Of a stretch of DNA of 60,655 bases, positions 56,077 to 60,655 are shown in pieces. The DNA comes from Nocardioides sp. (GTDB lineage Bacteria; Actinomycetota; Actinomycetes; Propionibacteriales; Nocardioidaceae). Both the position numbers and the translations under genes were made by a program. Under the pieces are notes generated by a model that saw only the letters and a program-made list of their open reading frames with translations, was not told the DNA's origin and ran no database searches. Position 1 is the first letter of the stretch. Each line of letters begins with the position of its first letter. Location: positions 1 through 60,655 of the forward strand of contig NZ_DAOMFK010000001.1 in NCBI RefSeq assembly GCF_035429765.1. Reading direction: 5' to 3'.

Positions 56077-56637
56077 TCAGGCGCGGGCGACATCGATCGA
56101 GACTGCGACGGGGTTGGTGACCGTGTCCCGGACGGGCGAGAAGCGAGTGAGCCCGGCGATCTCGGCGAGCTGGTCGTCGTCGAGTTCACCCGCGACCTTG
56201 ATCGAGACCCGGATCTCCTCGTAGCCGGGGCGGATGTCGCTGTCCAGGCCGAGGAAGCCCTGAACGTCCAGGTCACCCTGCACCGTGCACTCCAGGCCCC
56301 GCAGTGCCAGGCCGCGGGCAGCGGCGTGGTAGACGATCGTGCCCGTCAGGCACGCTGCGAGGGCCTGGAGGGCGTACTCGCCGGCGTTGGGGGCCCGGTT
56401 CTCCCCGAGCAGGACCGGCGGCTCGTCGCTGTCCAGGACGAACGGCCCTTCGCGAGTGGTGTCTTCCTGCCCCGCGCCGTAGAACCCGTGGATGGTGGTG
56501 CGGCTGTGGCCGCCGTCGATCCAGTGATTCCGAGCGCGGAACTGGAACTTCCCCAGACCGGGGTCGGCGGTGACGGCCTCGACCGTCCCTGTCAGCCGCT
56601 CGACGTCGACCCCGTTGATGGTGCTGCTGATGCTCAT
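56077..56637 (-). CDS. OsmC/Ohr-like family protein (second copy)
   Basis: INGVDV...FQFR...DEPPVLLG...EYALQALAACLT...DVQGFLG...FSPV; AGGAG RBS. Confidence 0.85.
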   Translation of the reverse strand: MSISSTINGVDVERLTGTVEAVTADPGLGKFQFRARNHWIDGGHSRTTIHGFYGAGQEDTTREGPFVLDSDEPPVLLGENRAPNAGEYALQALAACLTGTIVYHAAARGLALRGLECTVQGDLDVQGFLGLDSDIRPGYEEIRVSIKVAGELDDDQLAEIAGLTRFSPVRDTVTNPVAVSIDVARA

Positions 56638-56693
56638 GGTGACTCCTGATGATGGGAGAGAAGTTCTCCGCGGCCGATGTTGCGACCGTAGAG

Positions 56694-56742
56694 TTAGCAC
56701 GATCGGTCGTACTAAGTTAGAAGGTACGACCGATCGTGCTAA
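56694..56742. promoter_or_regulatory. TetR operator pair (perfect 19-bp inverted repeat)
   Basis: TTAGCACGATCGGTCGTAC (56694-56712) and GTACGACCGATCGTGCTAA (56724-56742); each half is itself part of a near-palindrome. Confidence 0.8.
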
Positions 56743-56752
56743 GTTGTCAACC

Positions 56753-57400
56753 ATGACGACCGAGAGTGCGAAGCACGACCGCCCGAGACCGCGTCGGGCA
56801 GACGGGGAGCGCACCCGCCGTGCGATCTTGAGCGCTGCCGCGGCGCTGGCCACCGTCGACGGGTTGGAGGGCCTCTCCATCGGGAACCTGGCGACGGCGA
56901 CCGGCATCAGCAAGAGCGGGCTGTACGCGCACTTCGGGTCCAAGCTGGAGCTGCAGCTGGCGACCGTGGAGGAGGCCGAGCGGGTCCTTGCCGAGGAGGT
57001 CGTGCAGCCTGCACTCGCCGCCCAGCCCGGCCTGGGGCAGCTGGCGGCGGCGTGCGAGGCCTTCTTCAGCTACGTGGAGCGTCGCGTGTTCCCCGGCGGC
57101 TGCTTCTTCGCTGCCACCTCGCTGGAGATGGGCGCTCGACCCGGGCCGGTCAAGGACCGGCTCGCCAGGGTGCAGTCGGAGTTCACGGCGCTGCTGCGGT
57201 CGTTCGCAACCACCGCGCTCGAGCAGCACGAGCTTTCCGCCCACGAGGATCCCGACCAGCTCGCCTTCGAGCTCCACGCGATCCTGCTGGGTGCCGACAC
57301 CAAGTTCGTCCTGTACGACGACCCGGCGGTCATGGTCCTGGCCCGCCAGGTCATCCACCAGCGGCTGGGACTGGACAAGGCCAGCGACGCCTCCGCATGA
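56753..57400 (+). CDS. TetR-family transcriptional regulator
   Basis: GERTRRAIL...SIGNLA...SKSGLYAHFGSK, GGCFF. Confidence 0.93.
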   Translation: MTTESAKHDRPRPRRADGERTRRAILSAAAALATVDGLEGLSIGNLATATGISKSGLYAHFGSKLELQLATVEEAERVLAEEVVQPALAAQPGLGQLAAACEAFFSYVERRVFPGGCFFAATSLEMGARPGPVKDRLARVQSEFTALLRSFATTALEQHELSAHEDPDQLAFELHAILLGADTKFVLYDDPAVMVLARQVIHQRLGLDKASDASA

Positions 57401-57573
57401 GGCCACGCCTGCCTCGCCTCAGGTGGCGGGGCGGAGTCGATGGACTTCACCGGCCGGTGCTCGACAAGGTCCACAGCATCCGCCATGTGCGGCTCACGAT
57501 CGACGCCCCCGGACCTTCGCGGAAGCAGGTGCCCCTCCCGCCGTTGCACGTGGCCACCTGCCCTCGGCGGAGG

Positions 57574-58005
57574 TCACCGGTACCACCGGTCGCCGCCGGC
57601 GACGACGTAGCGCTGCCAGACGTAGCGCCACGGCACGACGGCGACCACGACCACGACCAGCGAGCAGTTGACCAGCACCTCGGTGGTCGCGGCGTCGAGA
57701 CCGTCGCCCGTGGCCTTCGGCAGCGCGACGAGCGCCAGCCAGATGAGCTTCCAGGCGGACTCGAACAGCAGCACGGGCACCATCGCCACCGGATGCCGCA
57801 GACCGAGGAGGGCGCCGAGGGACATGGCGGTCAGCATTGACAACGTGACGCCCTCGTACAACGGCATCGTCGAGGCGTCGGGCAGCAGCGGCCACTTCAC
57901 GAGGACCAGCCCGAGGCCGATGAGCAGGTAGCCGGAGCGCATCAGGTTCAACCGGGTGACGGACAGCTCCAGGGACGTGGGAGGGGACGCGGTGAGGGTG
58001 GACAT
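57574..58005 (-). CDS. Conserved hypothetical membrane protein
   Basis: 4 TM, LGLRHP..M.P.LLFESAWK.IW, VPWRY. Confidence 0.75.
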   Translation of the reverse strand: MSTLTASPPTSLELSVTRLNLMRSGYLLIGLGLVLVKWPLLPDASTMPLYEGVTLSMLTAMSLGALLGLRHPVAMVPVLLFESAWKLIWLALVALPKATGDGLDAATTEVLVNCSLVVVVVAVVPWRYVWQRYVVAGGDRWYR

Positions 58006-58010
58006 GTGGA

Positions 58011-58259
58011 TCACTCCTTCTCGCCCGAGAGATCGGGTTTCGCGGGTGGGTTGATGGGGCTGAGCGCGATGAGCGTGATGCCGCCGTCGCGGAGCTTGGC
58101 CAGGACGCCGTGGAGGTCGGCCTGGTCGACGACGGGGCCGGTGAGCGTCGTGGTGCCGTCGTCATGGTGGGTGAGGGTGAGACCGCCGAGCCAGCCGGCC
58201 CAGTGGTCGTCGAGGTGTCCTCGGACGTTGATCGCGTAGACCGCGCCGCCCGTGGTCAT
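58011..58259 (-). CDS. Small conserved hypothetical protein (ACT-like fold suspected)
   Basis: YAINVRGHLDDHW...TTLTGPVVDQADLHGVLAKLRD; ATGA overlap with the upstream gene. Confidence 0.75.
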   Translation of the reverse strand: MTTGGAVYAINVRGHLDDHWAGWLGGLTLTHHDDGTTTLTGPVVDQADLHGVLAKLRDGGITLIALSPINPPAKPDLSGEKE

Positions 58260-58936
58260 GACCGGGCTCCAGCGAGACGGGTCCGCGAGCGGCGGATGGC
58301 CCACTCCGCGACGGCGAGGTTGATCGCCCAGCCCGCCCCCTTCGCCAGGTCGCCGGCGACCACGTCGGTGCCGACGAACGCCTCGCAGAGGCTCTGGGTA
58401 AGCACCTGGGTCCCGGCGCCGAGGCCGAGGGCGTACGCGCGGATCATCCAGGCGCGGTGCGCGGGGAAGTCGCGGCGGCGGATGGCGGTGAAGCCCAGCA
58501 CGAGGCTGGCGATCGTGGCGGAGCCGACCACCAGTCGGAAGAGGTACAGCAGGTCGCCCGTGCCCGGCTGGGCGGCGTACGTCAGGGTCAGCCACAGCCC
58601 GGAGCCGGCGACCAACAGGCCGGCCACCGACAGCACGCGCCCGGCGCGGCGGTGCCAGGCCCAGTGGCGGCGCCGGAAGCCGGGCACGAACTGCAGCGCC
58701 CCGACAAGCGCGAAGACCGCGCTGCCGACGATGTGGACCAGGAGGGCGACGGGGAAGGAGTCGAACCGGTCGTCGGCTGGGAAGACCGCGGGCCCTCCGG
58801 CCAGCTGCACCAGCCGGAGCGTGCCGGCGGTCAGCGGGATCGCGCTGAGCAGGACCAGGCCGACGGCGACCGACCAGCCGCTCCGAGCGCCGGCCCCCGA
58901 GGGGGTCCGGCGCTCCTCGAGCGAGTGCGTGGTCAT
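58256..58936 (-). CDS. DUF2306 membrane protein
   Basis: HIVG...GALQF...WHRRAGR...HRAWMIRAYALG. Confidence 0.85.
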   Translation of the reverse strand: MTTHSLEERRTPSGAGARSGWSVAVGLVLLSAIPLTAGTLRLVQLAGGPAVFPADDRFDSFPVALLVHIVGSAVFALVGALQFVPGFRRRHWAWHRRAGRVLSVAGLLVAGSGLWLTLTYAAQPGTGDLLYLFRLVVGSATIASLVLGFTAIRRRDFPAHRAWMIRAYALGLGAGTQVLTQSLCEAFVGTDVVAGDLAKGAGWAINLAVAEWAIRRSRTRLAGARS

Positions 58937-59616
58937 CGGACGGCTGCCGGCTCGGCGGAGGAAGCCGGCGCGGTGTCGACGGCGGGCTGCGTCCGCGAGG
59001 CCCGCCACAAGGAGGCCCCCAGACCCATCAGGGCGATGCCGACGGGCACCGCGAAGGGGCGGCTGAACGACTCGGGGAGGGCGGCGAGCGCGAGCGCGGA
59101 GACGGTGCCCGCGGCGAACAGGGCGGAGGCCCACCGGGCCAGGAGGCCGGCGCGGAACAGCGCGATGCCGAAGAGCAGGCCGCCGATCGCGTAGCCGATG
59201 CCCGTGACCATGAAGAGGTCCTGGACATGCCCGATGTCGCCTGCGGGGTTGTTGCCCATCGCGCCGTCGAGGTAGTCCTGCACGTAGCCGGGGTCGGTGC
59301 GCGCCACGACTGGGAGCACGGTGGCAACGATCGCCTGGTTGGCCAGCATCGCGAGGTAGCCGATGCTCACCAGCACGTAGCCGACGAGCCCCAGGACGCC
59401 GAACCGGTGCCGGTTGTGCAGGAACATCCCGGCGAAGCCGGCGAGCGCGAGGACGGCCATCGTCGCCTTGGCCAGCTCGCGGACGAACACGTCGGTGGTG
59501 ACGACGTGCGCCACGTCGGCGGGCGGGTGGTTGATCTGAACGCCGACGTACAGAGCGCCGGCCACCGCGGCGCAGGCACCGGCTGCGGCAGTGATGCGGT
59601 TGAGGGTGATGTCCAT
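58933..59616 (-). CDS. Hypothetical multi-TM membrane protein
   Basis: 6 TM, first gene of an ATGA-coupled operon, AGGA RBS. Confidence 0.75.
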   Translation of the reverse strand: MDITLNRITAAAGACAAVAGALYVGVQINHPPADVAHVVTTDVFVRELAKATMAVLALAGFAGMFLHNRHRFGVLGLVGYVLVSIGYLAMLANQAIVATVLPVVARTDPGYVQDYLDGAMGNNPAGDIGHVQDLFMVTGIGYAIGGLLFGIALFRAGLLARWASALFAAGTVSALALAALPESFSRPFAVPVGIALMGLGASLWRASRTQPAVDTAPASSAEPAAVR

Positions 59617-59921
59617 GTCGGGGTTCCTGTCCTGACCGGTGCCGGGCTGGGTGTCCGGCGATGTCCTGACGCTAGGGACCGACGTGGTGACCCGACATCA
59701 CCACATGATGTGACCGGCTTGGTGATCCTGCTCCGGGTGGCCGAGCTCCTCGAGAAGTCACCGCAGCCCGCGTCGGCGGCGCTCGGCGCGGCCCGCTGCG
59801 GCCCGGCGCCGGCTTGGGTGCGTATCTGGTCGAGCAGTTCGCGGGTCACGTCCAACGCGGCACGGTGGGGGTGCCGGCACAGGGCCCGCACCAGGTTGTC
59901 CCCGATCTTCTCCGCAACGGC

Positions 59922-59964
59922 AAAGGGCCCCTGACCTGCGTGGTGGCAGGATCAGGGGCCCCTT
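59922..59964 (-). terminator. Intrinsic terminator hairpin downstream of the glnA-like 3' fragment
   Basis: AAGGGCCCCTGACCTGC / GCAGGATCAGGGGCCCCTT stem; short T run after the stem on the minus strand. Confidence 0.7.
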
Positions 59965-59981
59965 CAGGCCGAGGCGATGTC

Positions 59982-60003
59982 CTAGATGTCGTAGTAGAGC
60001 TCG
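59982..60003 (-). mobile_element. Putative att core: isolated 3' end of a glnA-type gene (ELYYDI-stop)
   Basis: Minus strand C GAG CTC TAC TAC GAC ATC TAG resembles the actinobacterial GlnA type I C-terminus (…EFELYYDI); no glnA ORF upstream; terminator follows. Confidence 0.65.
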
Positions 60004-60012
60004 TTGTATCCC

Positions 60013-60140
60013 TGTGGTATTGGCTGGCGTTGTGCGGTATTGAAAGCGCCCGCTGACCTCGGCAAACGCCAGATGTCGTGATTGATACGAACTACAACAA
60101 GTTGGCTCGTGACGGATCTCCTGCGGTATCACTGCGGTAT
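60013..60140. repeat. Four TG(C/T)GGTAT direct repeats, candidate integrase arm-type sites
   Basis: Copies at 60013, 60033, 60122 and 60133 in an AT-richer stretch next to the putative att core. Confidence 0.5.
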
Positions 60141-60466
60141 TTGACGAGGTCGCTGACGAGGATCGCCTCGGCCTCGACGCGGTCTTGGAGGCGCGGCTTG
60201 ACCGCTGTCCCGAGGTCGACGGTGACGCCCAAGAGGTCCTCCAGATCGAGCTTGTGTCTGGCCAGGTCGAACAGGCTCGTTCCCGGGGGTACGTCGGCCA
60301 AGAGGTCGAGGTCGCTGTCCGTGGTGTCTTCGCCGCGCGCCACGCTTCCGAACACTTGCGCGTTGGTGATGTCGTGACGGCGCAGGTAGTCGAGTAGGTC
60401 GTTGAGGCGCGCCAGAACGACGCGACCGATCGGACCGCGCATCGCCCCTTCGGTGCTGACCGCCAT
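60092..60466 (-). CDS. Minimal nucleotidyltransferase (MNT/MntA-like antitoxin)
   Basis: VFGSVARGE....SDLDLL...LEDLLGVTVDL. Confidence 0.88.
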   Translation of the reverse strand: MAVSTEGAMRGPIGRVVLARLNDLLDYLRRHDITNAQVFGSVARGEDTTDSDLDLLADVPPGTSLFDLARHKLDLEDLLGVTVDLGTAVKPRLQDRVEAEAILVSDLVKYRSDTAGDPSRANLL

Positions 60467-60534
60467 GGTTCGAAGGTAAGGGGGAGACGTGGCTTCGGCC
60501 TATCGAGTTCCGGAGCGACACGCCCGCTGTGCCT

Positions 60535-60550
60535 CCGAACATATGTTCGG
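60535..60550. promoter_or_regulatory. LexA (SOS) box
   Basis: Perfect palindrome CCGAAC-ATAT-GTTCGG matching the Gram-positive CGAAC-N4-GTTCG core. Confidence 0.7.
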
Positions 60551-60655
60551 GGCGGGCGTAGCCTGTTGGTGATGCCGGGTGACGACTCCTCGGCGGTGTG
60601 TAGCCCTCCGGGCGTCCGGTGAGAACTGCAAGCGTCTCGTCATCCCTGGCGACGG

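Noticed and set aside
32836-60003. Functional link between heliorhodopsin and the glnA 3' fragment
   Set aside because: They are 26 kb apart with many unrelated modules between; nothing in the sequence ties them
1-60655. CRISPR array, tRNA, rRNA, transposase or integrase genes
   Set aside because: No regularly spaced repeat-spacer units, cloverleaf or rRNA signatures, or DDE/tyrosine/serine recombinase motifs seen by manual reading

Overview
High-GC actinobacterial chromosomal segment. Nocardioides/Intrasporangiaceae-like gene content is my inference. It holds about 60 genes and no rRNA, tRNA or CRISPR array. Left to right: (1) an AAA-LuxR regulator divergent from a five-gene operon (1-Cys OsmC-like protein, flavoprotein oxidoreductase, SnoaL-like protein, cytochrome P450, alpha/beta-hydrolase-glycosyltransferase fusion); (2) an operon of a GMC (cholesterol-oxidase-like) enzyme, a membrane metallophosphoesterase and a Cys-nucleophile hydrolase; (3) a complete kdpFABCDE locus with an extra 27-aa membrane peptide, an inverted pair of putative KdpE boxes and a divergent stand-alone DUF4118 gene; (4) a DUF1269-arylsulfatase fusion and DUF2252; (5) an uncharacterised two-gene molybdoenzyme system with no Tat signal (fused ferredoxin-NrfD anchor plus DMSO-reductase-family catalytic subunit); (6) heliorhodopsin back-to-back with a yybP-ykoY riboswitch-TerC unit; (7) a two-component system, a K+/H+ antiporter reading through into a DUF222-HNH gene with DNA-damage promoter motifs, an ABC exporter and a PadR module; (8) a mosaic, partly decayed accessory region bracketed by a 57-58 bp direct repeat; and (9) at the right end, a 22-bp piece of a glnA-type 3' end with terminator, arm-like repeats, an orphan MNT gene and a LexA box, which looks like the border of an element integrated at glnA. 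All family calls come from motif recognition by eye; no database searches were run.
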